From assembly GCA_964612665.1 (NCBI GenBank), contig CAZTCI010000004.1, positions 270,376-334,375 of the forward strand: a stretch of 64,000 nt of DNA, written 5' to 3'. Numbering within the stretch: position 1 is the stretch's first letter; the number at the start of each line of letters is the position of its first letter. The stretch is from an uncultured Planctomycetales bacterium (GTDB lineage: Bacteria; Omnitrophota; Gorgyraeia; Zapsychrales; JAHFFX01). The translations under genes and the position numbers were made by a program. The notes beneath the pieces are model-generated. The model searched no databases, was not told the origin of the DNA, and saw only the letters and a list, made by a program, of their open reading frames with translations. Below, piece by piece: positions 37,363 to 45,925 of this stretch.

Positions 37363-37405
37363 GCTCATAACCTGAAGGCCGTTGGTTCAAATCCCACCCC
37401 CGCAA
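37363..37405 (+). repeat. Direct repeat of the 3' half of tRNA-Met (putative att remnant of a 5.8-kb island)
   Basis: gctcataacctgaaggccgttggttcaaatcccacccccgcaa versus tRNA-Met 31541-31583. The anticodon loop through the variable region is 19/19 identical, the T-loop 9/9 and the acceptor 3' end 7/7. The 5' half of the tRNA is absent. Confidence 0.65.
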
Positions 37406-37631
37406 CCTTAATAAAGCTGCCGATAGGCAGCCATCCAAGAAAAGTCCCGTATACCTCTTAAGAATATTTTAGAAAGTGCGGGGGGCAACCAATATAAAAC
37501 CCGATTTCTCGACGAGTAATCGGGTTTTATAGTCTGTTTCGATGAGGTATGTAATTGAATACCTGTCCCAGAAAATTCAGACCATTTCCTTGGGCAGTAT
37601 TGAGAATGAGACAACCTAAGAGGAGGCATCC

Positions 37632-38022
37632 ATGAAGAATTACTTATTCTTGATTATGTTATTGTTAGTTTTCTTGCCGATAAGAGCAGAAGCGGATTCC
37701 AGCATTGATGTTGATTAACAGGAAATGAAGTCGTCCTCGCTCATGATTTTCCCTATTTGAATACTAATGTTTATCAAGGACTTGGATTAGGACAATCGAT
37801 GGTCAGAACAGTCGAAATTATTCAGGTTTTGAGATTCCGTTTGAAACGGAATTAACACCTGGGAAGAAATATTGGATATGGGCAGAAGATCCGCAGTTCA
37901 GCGGCGTGACGTTTAATTACAATACCGCGTTTGTTGGTCATGTTGTCCCCGAACCTGCCACGTTGTTGCTTTTAGGTCCAGCTATCCTGGGGATGGCTGG
38001 GTTGAGAAGAAATAGGGGATGA
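37632..38022 (+). pseudogene. Decayed PEP-CTERM sorting-signal protein gene (signal peptide, body and PEP-CTERM tail in three different frames)
   Basis: Strong Shine-Dalgarno (AGGAGG) then an ATG at 37632 encoding the signal peptide MKNYLFLIMLLLVFLPIRAEA, then a stop at 37716. The 3' end in another frame encodes ..VGHVVPEPATLLLLGPAILGMAGLRRNRG*, the classic PEP-CTERM motif. Multiple stops lie between. Confidence 0.45.
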
Positions 38023-38110
38023 CGGGACCAGAAGCGGGGAGCTCTTGTGTGTTGTTTAGAATTTTAAAAGTTGAGAAATTGGAATGCCTAGACAATGCGG
38101 GCAACTATTT

Positions 38111-38148
38111 AGCCAGTCAGTGACTTTCGTCGTTGGCTGGTTTTTTTG
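38111..38148 (+). terminator. Terminator-like hairpin plus T-run (agccagtcagtga...ttggctgg then tttttttgtttt), paralog of the motif at 31597
   Basis: Read from sequence. Confidence 0.5.
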
Positions 38149-38192
38149 TTTTACTTTCCCTTTTACTTTTCTGAAATGATTTTATTGCATTA

Positions 38193-38597
38193 TTACTTCT
38201 TCAGACTAATCTTCCCATCCGCGCTGGAACTCAATTCAATCTCCTTATTCTGATTCGTGTGCACATTCAACAGCACAACGGAGTTCTCTTTAATTTCTAA
38301 AAGTTTATAATCTCCGAACGCTGCTCCGATTTCATAAATCATTCCATTAATCAACGCCAAAGCCTTGTTGTCTTGGTGCGTAATGCCTTGGAGCTTGACT
38401 GAGGCGTCGGCATTTGGGTTGGCTTTCATTTTTGCAACCATTTCTTTTTCCTTTTGGACTCTTTTCAAGGTCGCCATTTGGTTCTGTTTATAATTAAAGA
38501 GAAGGAAAACGGTAGTAAGCAGAAGCAATAAAATAACCGCTTGAATCTGAAATCTTCCGTCGGACAATAAAAAGGATAAATATTTTGAGTTTTTCAT
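38193..38597 (-). CDS. PilP/GspC-like pilus/secretion assembly protein (N-terminal TM plus HR-like beta domain)
   Basis: C-terminal SVKLQGITHQDNKALALINGMIYEIGAAFGDYKLLEIKENSVVLL fits the PilP/GspC HR-domain pattern. Last gene of the pilus operon. Confidence 0.4.
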   Translation of the reverse strand: MKNSKYLSFLLSDGRFQIQAVILLLLLTTVFLLFNYKQNQMATLKRVQKEKEMVAKMKANPNADASVKLQGITHQDNKALALINGMIYEIGAAFGDYKLLEIKENSVVLLNVHTNQNKEIELSSSADGKISLKK

Positions 38598-39532
38598 TTT
38601 TGGCCTTTCGTTAAACGTTTTGCGTATTCGTAATCCGATTTTGTATAAGAGTTCGCGATTTTCTGGGTTTGGGCTTTAAGTTGGGCGATATTGGCTGTCA
38701 GATAAATGCAAGTTAACATGACGATCAATAAGAGGCCTTGCATTGCTAACATAATTTTTTGCCGTTCTTGAGCTGAGATAGAGTGCCCTCGCATAAAATC
38801 GAGATTCAAAAAAGCTGGCAACGATTCCTGTGCCGGCGCATCGGGCATGGTTGTCAGGTCGCCGCCATTTTTCTTGATGTCTTCTTTCAACTGCTCAATC
38901 AGATCTCCTTTGATATTCCCCGTCGTGAAAAACTGTCCCCAATTTTTATCCGCGCTTTTGGCGGTCACGCTTCGTAAGGATTGAATGACCTCATCGCGGG
39001 CTTCTTTAAATCCTTCATAGCGGATCTCCCGCAAAAGTTCGCATTCACCGCCGCAGAAAATCGCCACATGCAGACGGTTATCTGAATCAAAATAAATCAC
39101 ACACCAACGTCCGGTTTGTTTTTCTTGCTGCTGTATAAATGTATCTATTTTCATCAATATCGCAGAAGTGACACGGGCTGGGGTGATTCCGGATTTGTGA
39201 GCCGCTTTAAGATATTCCTGTAAAACTGATTTTGGTATGCACATAAAAATCCCTTTAAGCTCGTCTTTGTCGTTTACCAAAACTTGATAATCTAACTCAA
39301 TCTCACTGGATGGTAAAGATAAAAGCCCTACCGCTTCAAACATTAACCTGGCCCGCAAATCTTTCAAACCAATCGTGCTTACATTAAAAGGATAGACCAG
39401 GCATTTTGGATCAGATAATGCCAGCGCAATCGGGTTTTTCGACGATAAATCGGCCAATGTGATTTCGTGTAATGACTGGCCTAAATCTAAAGGAGATGAT
39501 GCGGTTAGCGTTGATAAAGATGCGATAGTCAT
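38594..39532 (-). CDS. PilM/GspL-like assembly protein (cytoplasmic actin-like domain plus C-terminal TM)
   Basis: Position in the operon. A cytoplasmic domain of about 250 aa followed by the TM helix LLLIVMLTCIYLTANIA. Confidence 0.4.
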   Translation of the reverse strand: MTIASLSTLTASSPLDLGQSLHEITLADLSSKNPIALALSDPKCLVYPFNVSTIGLKDLRARLMFEAVGLLSLPSSEIELDYQVLVNDKDELKGIFMCIPKSVLQEYLKAAHKSGITPARVTSAILMKIDTFIQQQEKQTGRWCVIYFDSDNRLHVAIFCGGECELLREIRYEGFKEARDEVIQSLRSVTAKSADKNWGQFFTTGNIKGDLIEQLKEDIKKNGGDLTTMPDAPAQESLPAFLNLDFMRGHSISAQERQKIMLAMQGLLLIVMLTCIYLTANIAQLKAQTQKIANSYTKSDYEYAKRLTKGQK

Positions 39533-39536
39533 ATTT

Positions 39537-40763
39537 TTAAAGCTCCTGCCACTTGCGTGTGTTTGAATTGATTGTCCCTCCTAAAACCTGGTCATAATGG
39601 ATTTGACCATTTTGAAGAAGGGTTACAGTTTTTCCGACGACAGCGCCGTAATATCCATTGTTGTTACTAATTGTGACGCCCGTGCCAGGAGCGTAAACCG
39701 CGCCGTAAAAACTGCCGTTGTTGGTGATTTGAACGCCGTTGTTACCGGTATAGGTGCTGAAAATTTGAAACTTGGATGGGGTCCCGCCGTTATTGACGCT
39801 TCCGTTGTTACTTAAATTGATGGGCCCGTCGGTATAGATCGTTACACTGGCGCCGGCATTTAAAACAAATAAAAAATTATTCCCCGTTGAGACCGCTGAT
39901 GTTGTGCTGGTTAAATAAAGATTAACAGTGCCATTGAACGTAACGGTTTTGTTATTACTCAAACTAATGGCCGTATATTTGTAATTTCCGGCGGCGAGTG
40001 TTGTATTATTGGTAATGCTGCCGCTGTTTGAAAGACTGGTTAAATTTGATGGAACACTGACCGAGGGTAAAGTAATGTTGTTCGTATTGGTCGTTGATCC
40101 ATTGACTGGTGTATTCCCGACGCTGACGGTGCCTCCCGCGCCGGTGCTGACATCACCATTAACATGAGCATTGTTATCAATTGTAATGGCGTTCGCCGTT
40201 GTTCCGTCTGTACCGACGTCGCCGTTCGTTTGAATATTGGCGCCGCCGTAGGCACCGCTGTTTGAATCATAACTATTGATGAGCGTATTGTTGTTTAAGG
40301 TAATTGAATTTTGAGCAAAGGCTGCATACTTAAAAAGTGAACCGCTGTCCAATTGGATCGTGCGCGAAACTTTGTTCGCTGCCGTGCGGCTTGGGTACCA
40401 GCCTTTGGCCACGACGATCATGTTGCCGTCATCAAATGAAATATCGTAATCGCCATAGACGGTTGAAGCATCGAACTTTAATTGAGTGTTGAGAACTTTG
40501 TTCCCGCCGCCGCAATTAAGACAGCTGGTGCAATGCGTTGTTGTTCCTTCTTGAAATAAAGCCGCGCAGCTATTGTGATTGTATTCCCATAATGTTTTTT
40601 GAATGCCAGCCTCGGCGAGCCAAAAAGCCCTGTTATAAAGGACCTCTTTTTCGGCGCGTTCCTTTTGTACCATCGACAAGTACATCGATCCCAATCCTAA
40701 GAGCGTGAAGGTCAAGATAAACATTAATGTGATGACGAGAATAGATCCGCGTTCATTTCTCAT
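39537..40763 (-). CDS. Large minor pseudopilin (GspK/PilX-like) with Asn/Thr/Ser-rich beta-rich C-terminal region
   Basis: N-terminal hydrophobic prepilin-like segment MRNERGSILVITLMFILTFTLLGLG. 408 aa. Operon context. Confidence 0.45.
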   Translation of the reverse strand: MRNERGSILVITLMFILTFTLLGLGSMYLSMVQKERAEKEVLYNRAFWLAEAGIQKTLWEYNHNSCAALFQEGTTTHCTSCLNCGGGNKVLNTQLKFDASTVYGDYDISFDDGNMIVVAKGWYPSRTAANKVSRTIQLDSGSLFKYAAFAQNSITLNNNTLINSYDSNSGAYGGANIQTNGDVGTDGTTANAITIDNNAHVNGDVSTGAGGTVSVGNTPVNGSTTNTNNITLPSVSVPSNLTSLSNSGSITNNTTLAAGNYKYTAISLSNNKTVTFNGTVNLYLTSTTSAVSTGNNFLFVLNAGASVTIYTDGPINLSNNGSVNNGGTPSKFQIFSTYTGNNGVQITNNGSFYGAVYAPGTGVTISNNNGYYGAVVGKTVTLLQNGQIHYDQVLGGTINSNTRKWQEL

Positions 40764-41239
40764 GGATTTCTCCTGCGTACGGTTGTGCCTTCCACAAAAT
40801 TAATATTGTCTTTTGTCCCGGATATTTCAATCTTGACGGAATTGCTGGTTACTCCCGGAGAGGGGAATGTTAACGTAATCGTGCCAGGCTGCGGCACCGA
40901 TAAAATGGTTTGGCGTTGAACACCGTTGTCATACACTAAATCGACTGTTGAGGCGTTCGTTTGGTAAAGGCCGAAAATAGCGGCATCAATCAAAAAGTGT
41001 TTGCCGCTGATCCAAGGCGAAGGCTGATTGGTCAAAGTCAGAGTCTTCGCGACGCGGACCTTGTTTTGTAATAATTTAAATGCGTAAGAAAGATCATTAT
41101 AAATTTGCTGTTGGCTGTTTAATTTTTTATATGAACTGTTGCCGATCGTCGAGAGTGTTCCTATCGTCAAAATCAAAATAGACGCGATCATGATCGCGAG
41201 CAGAAATTCAATTAATGAGTGGCCATGCGTATTTTTCAT
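40760..41239 (-). CDS. Minor pseudopilin (prepilin-type N-terminal methylation domain)
   Basis: GHSLIEFLLAIMIASILIL class III signal-like N-terminus. Confidence 0.55.
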   Translation of the reverse strand: MKNTHGHSLIEFLLAIMIASILILTIGTLSTIGNSSYKKLNSQQQIYNDLSYAFKLLQNKVRVAKTLTLTNQPSPWISGKHFLIDAAIFGLYQTNASTVDLVYDNGVQRQTILSVPQPGTITLTFPSPGVTSNSVKIEISGTKDNINFVEGTTVRRRNP

Positions 41240-41631
41240 GGGGCTATAAAGGTTGCTAAATCAATTTCCTGATTTTGTTTGCCGGGTTCGGCCCAAGTAA
41301 ATTTCATTTCTACTAATTTTAGGGAGCCCGCTCCCGATTGATCGGTTACCCGTCGCTGTTTTTGAACAATAAAGTCAGAGCTTCCGAAGTAAATATTCTG
41401 GGCCGTTTCCCAGCTTCCCGAGGCCGGGTTCGGCAAACTGGCATAGCCATCGACTCTCATTTGTTCTATTTGCTGTGTCCCTAATTCCATGGCGATTTTT
41501 TTATGCATGTTTAACGCCATGACCTCTTGAGGATGACAATAAAATCCAATACTTCCCGCCAGGACCATAGTCAAAAGGACAATTGAAACCAAAACTTCAA
41601 CTAAGGTATAACCTTTGAAATTTTTTCTCAT
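41236..41631 (-). CDS. Minor pseudopilin (prepilin-type N-terminal methylation domain)
   Basis: KGYTLVEVLVSIVLLTMVLAG N-terminus. Confidence 0.55.
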   Translation of the reverse strand: MRKNFKGYTLVEVLVSIVLLTMVLAGSIGFYCHPQEVMALNMHKKIAMELGTQQIEQMRVDGYASLPNPASGSWETAQNIYFGSSDFIVQKQRRVTDQSGAGSLKLVEMKFTWAEPGKQNQEIDLATFIAP

Positions 41632-41654
41632 GATGAATACCCGAGATATGCAAA

Positions 41655-41739
41655 TTGTGTCATTGCGAGGAGTGCTTTTTGCGGCGAAGCCATCGAAGAG
41701 ATCGCTTCGCTAAAAAAGCGCACGCTCGCAATGACACAA
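41655..41739 (-). promoter_or_regulatory. Long imperfect hairpin just downstream of the major pilin gene (outer 15-bp perfect arms ttgtgtcattgcgag / ctcgcaatgacacaa, inner gcgaagc/gcttcgc); probable attenuating terminator
   Basis: Read from sequence. An internal U-run (gcgcttttttagcg) appears on the transcribed strand. Confidence 0.55.
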
Positions 41740-41756
41740 AATTGCACGAGCGTTTA

Positions 41757-42353
41757 TTAGTAAGCGCTCCAGTTCGTAGCCGTTCCGCAGTTTGCGTAGC
41801 AAACAAAAATACGGCCGCTGTTATCCATTTCTAATTCATAACCAGCAATTTCATCTGCATGGACTGCGCAGCTGGTATCTGTATTCGCAGCGCATTTGTA
41901 GCTGTTATCACCCTTCATACTGATTAAAAATCCGACAGGAGCTGGATTCGTGAACAGCTGTGAGCGGGTGTTGGCGTTGGTTGGCGCCGGAGCTTCGACA
42001 TAAAATGAAGCGTTGGAGAAATATTGAGACACGCCGACATTGACATCGACACCGGACGGATCAGGTGTTGGAACACCCGTCGCTGCCACAACACTTGAGG
42101 GTAATGGTTTTTGGATATTTCCGGCGGTATTTGAGAGGTTTGTGTCCTGAGCAACATCAAAGAACGTGTTGTGATTCACGTTATAGTCACGTTCGGCCTG
42201 GCGGACTAAACCGGCCGTGGCCACTGCTTCTGACATTTTTGATTTCTTGGTGTTGGCCAAATAGATCGGTGTGGCGACCGCTGCCAAAATGGCGACGATG
42301 ATCAACACGACCAATAATTCGACCATGGTAAAACCTTGCTTGTTGTTTAACAT
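41757..42353 (-). CDS. Major type IV pilin / pseudopilin
   Basis: Class III prepilin leader MLNNKQGFTMVELLVVLIIVAILAAVATP (G-F/T-MVE cleavage/methylation motif). 198 aa. Strong AAGGAGA Shine-Dalgarno. Followed by the long hairpin. Confidence 0.65.
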   Translation of the reverse strand: MLNNKQGFTMVELLVVLIIVAILAAVATPIYLANTKKSKMSEAVATAGLVRQAERDYNVNHNTFFDVAQDTNLSNTAGNIQKPLPSSVVAATGVPTPDPSGVDVNVGVSQYFSNASFYVEAPAPTNANTRSQLFTNPAPVGFLISMKGDNSYKCAANTDTSCAVHADEIAGYELEMDNSGRIFVCYANCGTATNWSAY

Positions 42354-42518
42354 TGCTGTTTCTCCTTGTTGTTTGTTTTTCTTGTTGCTTGCTGTTTATT
42401 TATACTGATGTCCATCAAATGATGTGATTTCAGTGCTTATTATTAACGGCGCTTTTTTTTCAGTGAAGTGTTCAACTCAAAGAATTAAAAAGACTAGCTC
42501 CCCCAAAGGAGCGTCACT

Positions 42519-43727
42519 TCACCTCAAAGCTCCGGAAATTTTAAAAATTGGCAGATACAACGCCAAAACTACAACCAATACAATCCCGCCGATAAAAATA
42601 ATCAGCGCGGGTTCCAACAAAACTGTTAAGCGGCTTAATGTATTATCAAGTTCATCATCATAATAGTCGGCGGTGCGTTTGAGCATCTCAGAGACCTTGC
42701 CGGTTTTTTCTCCGACGGCAACCATTTTTTTAACCATGCCTGAGAAAATTTTCTGCCCACGGATTTCTGAGGTCAAATCTGAACCGGCCACGACCCGTTG
42801 GCGTACATTCATAATTGCTTCGGCAAGAGGGCGATGATTGACGACCTGGGCGGTAATTTCGAGCGACGTGGATAAACCTACGCTCCCTTCGATTAGGACA
42901 CTCAATGTCCGGCAGAAACTTGAAATGCAACCTTTATAAATGACATTTTTACCGACGATGGGAATTTTGAATTTGGCATAGTCAACAGCATGGCGGAATT
43001 TAGGATTCTTTAGCGCAATCCAAAATGCGAAGAAAGCCGCCACGATTCCTAAAAGAACAATAGGGAACGCATGGATCATTGTTTCGCTTATACCGACCAC
43101 AATCCTTGTTAAAAGCGGTAATTGTCCTCCAGCGCTTTCAAACATGCTTTTAAATTTCGGAATCAAAAATAGAACAATGATAAGCACCACAGCAATGGCA
43201 AAACCAATGACGAATAACGGATAACGAAGGGCAGTGACAACTTTTTCTTTCATCCGTTCGGAATTTTCTATATATCTAGCCAGCTCGTTTGTTGTCCTGT
43301 CCAGGCGGCCGGTCGCTTCTCCCGATTTGATGATTGCGGTGTAGGTTTTTGGAAAAATCCTTGGGTATTTTAGAAGTGTCGTCGAGAAATCAGCCCCGCC
43401 GCGGATGTCTTTGGCGATTGAGAGGATGACCGTTTGAAAATATTTATTTTCCACATCTTCGGCAATTGTTTCCAAAGCATCTGTCAAAAGTAATCCCGAA
43501 GCCAAGGTTGCTGCCAGCTGGCGCGTGAAAACAACCAACTCCTTGCTTTTAACGCGGCCTGCCGTCAAAAAGCCTTTAGGCAATTGTTCTTTGTTTTGAA
43601 TGGCTTTGATTTTGATGGGCAGTAGCCCTTCTTTACTTAGACGAAAGACAACACTACTGACGTCATCAGCGTGGATTGTTCCAGTTATGTTGCGTCCATC
43701 TTTTTGGGCCGTGTATTTGAATATCAT
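42519..43727 (-). CDS. Type IV pilus / T2SS platform protein (GspF/PilC family)
   Basis: Two T2SSF domains and 3 TM segments. About 400 aa. Confidence 0.85.
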   Translation of the reverse strand: MIFKYTAQKDGRNITGTIHADDVSSVVFRLSKEGLLPIKIKAIQNKEQLPKGFLTAGRVKSKELVVFTRQLAATLASGLLLTDALETIAEDVENKYFQTVILSIAKDIRGGADFSTTLLKYPRIFPKTYTAIIKSGEATGRLDRTTNELARYIENSERMKEKVVTALRYPLFVIGFAIAVVLIIVLFLIPKFKSMFESAGGQLPLLTRIVVGISETMIHAFPIVLLGIVAAFFAFWIALKNPKFRHAVDYAKFKIPIVGKNVIYKGCISSFCRTLSVLIEGSVGLSTSLEITAQVVNHRPLAEAIMNVRQRVVAGSDLTSEIRGQKIFSGMVKKMVAVGEKTGKVSEMLKRTADYYDDELDNTLSRLTVLLEPALIIFIGGIVLVVVLALYLPIFKISGALR

Positions 43728-43736
43728 AGGCGTTCC

Positions 43737-45425
43737 TTAAAATTCTATGGTTTGTTGAGTCACTCTTAAAAGTTCTTCGGCTGTTGTGATGCCTTCTTTA
43801 AGTTTTTCAATTCCGGCTTCACGCAGGGTTTTCATCCCGCCTTTTTTGGCGAGAGCTAAGACTTCGTCAGCTGAGCTTCGTTGTAAAATTAATTGGCGGA
43901 TGGAATCATCTGGAATTAAAAGCTCATAAATAGCGACGCGGCCTTTATAACCACTGTTGAAACATTTTGAACATCCTGAACCGCGGGAAAAAGTTTTGAT
44001 TTGTCCGTCGAGCGCTAATTTTTCGAGGACATCGCGCGAAGGACGATAAGTTTGCTGGCAGTCGGGACAAATCGTGCGGATTAAACGCTGGGCCACGACG
44101 CACAAAAGTGAAGAAGTGATTAAATAGGGTTCGACTCCCATATTGGCCAAACGTACAGCGGCGCCGCAGGCATCGTTCGTATGAAGTGTTGTAAAAACCA
44201 AGTGGCCGGTTAAGGCGGCGTGAGTGGCGATTTCGGCGGTTTCGCGGTCACGGATTTCACCGACCATGATGACATCGGGATCTTGCCGGAGAATCGAACG
44301 TAATCCGCGGGCGAAATCAAAACCAATTTGAGTGTTCACTTGAGATTGTTGAATGAAAGGCAATCGATATTCGACGGGATCTTCTAAGGTAATAATATTT
44401 TTTTCATCGGATTTGATGGCGTTAAGCGCTGTATACAAAGTGGTCGTCTTTCCGCTTCCCGTCGGGCCAGTGACCAAGATCATGCCGTAAGAAGAAAGAA
44501 TGAGGCTGTTAATTTTCTGTAAGTCGCAAGCCGAAAAACCCAAAGCATCTAAGCCAAGCAAAGGATGCGACGTGTCCAAAAGGCGCATGACAATGCTTTC
44601 GCCATAGATCGTCGGAAAACAAGAGGTCCGGATGTCAATTTCTTTGCGGCCGATATTTATTTTGAAACGGCCGTCCTGGGGCAATCGCCGTTCAGCAATG
44701 TCGAGTCCGGCCATGATCTTAATGCGGGCCGTGATGGCCGAGAGCATCTCTTTGGGCGGTGGATCGATTGGATGTAAAACGCCGTCGATCCGCAGCCGCA
44801 ATTCGACGCGTTCTTGTTTAGGCTGGATATGAATGTCGCTCGCTGATTTCGTCATCGCCTCCACAATCAGATCGCGGACATATTGGACGACTGGCTGGTC
44901 GTCGGCTTCAAAAATCTTTTCTTCCTGGACTACAGCGGCTGGCTGTTCGGTGCGCGTCTCTGAATCGATAAAATCCTCGACGTGCTTTTTTAAACGCGGC
45001 AGGTGCTGGTAACAATATTCAATGGCTTCGATGATTTCATCTTCGTTGGCGACGACGTATTGGATTTTAAATCCAGTTCTGAGGCGAAGTGTATCGATAG
45101 CTAACAGGTCAAGCGGATCAAACATCGCGACCGTCAGCGTTTTATCTTTAAGATCAATAGGAAGAGTGCTAAACCGGTGAGCCAGTTCCCGGGGAATCGC
45201 TGCAATGACATCGTGTTTAATGTCTTTATAAATGTCTTTAAGGGGGATATAAGGAATATGAAAATATTTGGCAAGAAAGGGAGCCATCTTTTGCGGCGTA
45301 ATGTATCCCATTTTCAAAAGAATATCGCCGAGACGGTCGTGAGTCCGTTCCTGCTCGGTTAAAGCAATCTTTAATTCTTGGGCCGTAATGAGTCCTTCAC
45401 GCGTCAAAGATTCGCCGATTCTCAT
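43737..45425 (-). CDS. Type IV pilus / T2SS assembly ATPase (GspE/PilB/MshE family) with tandem MshEN-like N-terminal motifs
   Basis: Walker A GPTGSGKTT, Asp box, His box and the tetracysteine CPDC..C..C. The N-terminus has two RxGxxLxxxGxI..xxL repeats (RIGESLTREGLITAQELKIAL; RLGDILLKMGYITPQKMAPFL) resembling the c-di-GMP-binding MshEN domain. Confidence 0.85.
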   Translation of the reverse strand: MRIGESLTREGLITAQELKIALTEQERTHDRLGDILLKMGYITPQKMAPFLAKYFHIPYIPLKDIYKDIKHDVIAAIPRELAHRFSTLPIDLKDKTLTVAMFDPLDLLAIDTLRLRTGFKIQYVVANEDEIIEAIEYCYQHLPRLKKHVEDFIDSETRTEQPAAVVQEEKIFEADDQPVVQYVRDLIVEAMTKSASDIHIQPKQERVELRLRIDGVLHPIDPPPKEMLSAITARIKIMAGLDIAERRLPQDGRFKINIGRKEIDIRTSCFPTIYGESIVMRLLDTSHPLLGLDALGFSACDLQKINSLILSSYGMILVTGPTGSGKTTTLYTALNAIKSDEKNIITLEDPVEYRLPFIQQSQVNTQIGFDFARGLRSILRQDPDVIMVGEIRDRETAEIATHAALTGHLVFTTLHTNDACGAAVRLANMGVEPYLITSSLLCVVAQRLIRTICPDCQQTYRPSRDVLEKLALDGQIKTFSRGSGCSKCFNSGYKGRVAIYELLIPDDSIRQLILQRSSADEVLALAKKGGMKTLREAGIEKLKEGITTAEELLRVTQQTIEF

Positions 45426-45661
45426 GACGCACCTCTCTGAGATTTGGCCGATTTATATAGGGAAGATAATAATTCTTGTTTGTTGATCCGGTAATGACCG
45501 CCCGGTGTGCGGATGGTGGGGATTTTACCGCCGGCAATCAGTTTTTTTAAAGTGCCTAAACTGATGTGCAATAATTTTGCTGCTTCGGTTGAAGTTAAAA
45601 AAACGGAGTCCTGTTGTCTAATCACGTTGTCGGTCTTTCTTCGGAGGTCATCAATTGGCAA
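45422..45661 (-). CDS. Small HTH DNA-binding protein (excisionase/MerR-like HTH_17) at the head of the pilus operon
   Basis: LTSTEAAKLLHISLGTLKKLIAGGKIPTIRTPGGHYRINKQEL. Its stop overlaps the ATPase start. Confidence 0.5.
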   Translation of the reverse strand: MPIDDLRRKTDNVIRQQDSVFLTSTEAAKLLHISLGTLKKLIAGGKIPTIRTPGGHYRINKQELLSSLYKSAKSQRGAS

Positions 45662-45886
45662 AATCGAACAAAATCGACTAAATTCAGTCTATATGACATA
45701 AATCAGCAATAAATATGCCAAAACTGTTTCCGACGGGAACTCTTTGTACTATCAGGAGTTAAGAAATAGAATATCGACGAGGGAAGGCGAAGTTTGATTA
45801 GATTTCTAAACGAAGTTGAGTTTCATTCAAATTTCTCAACAGCGCATTAAATTACGATCAAAAGGAATCATTCGTTATATTAAATC

Positions 45887-45915
45887 TTGACAACATCCTC
45901 AGCGTCGATTATATT
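45887..45915 (+). promoter_or_regulatory. Near-consensus sigma70 promoter (TTGACA-17 nt-TATATT)
   Basis: -35 at 45887-45892 and -10 at 45910-45915. The ORF-track 'start codon' of the 45887 ORF is the TTG of this -35 box. Confidence 0.6.
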
Positions 45916-45925
45916 TGAAACGTCT

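Noticed and set aside
37253-37438. 61-aa minus-strand ORF over the partial tRNA-Met copy
   Set aside because: Antisense translation of tRNA-derived sequence (..RGWDLNQRPSGYER..). Spurious.
42354-42518. Sigma54 (-24/-12) promoter upstream of the major pilin gene
   Set aside because: No TGGCAC-N5-TTGC match on the coding strand. Only a weak sigma70-like TATAAAT was found, so no promoter is called.
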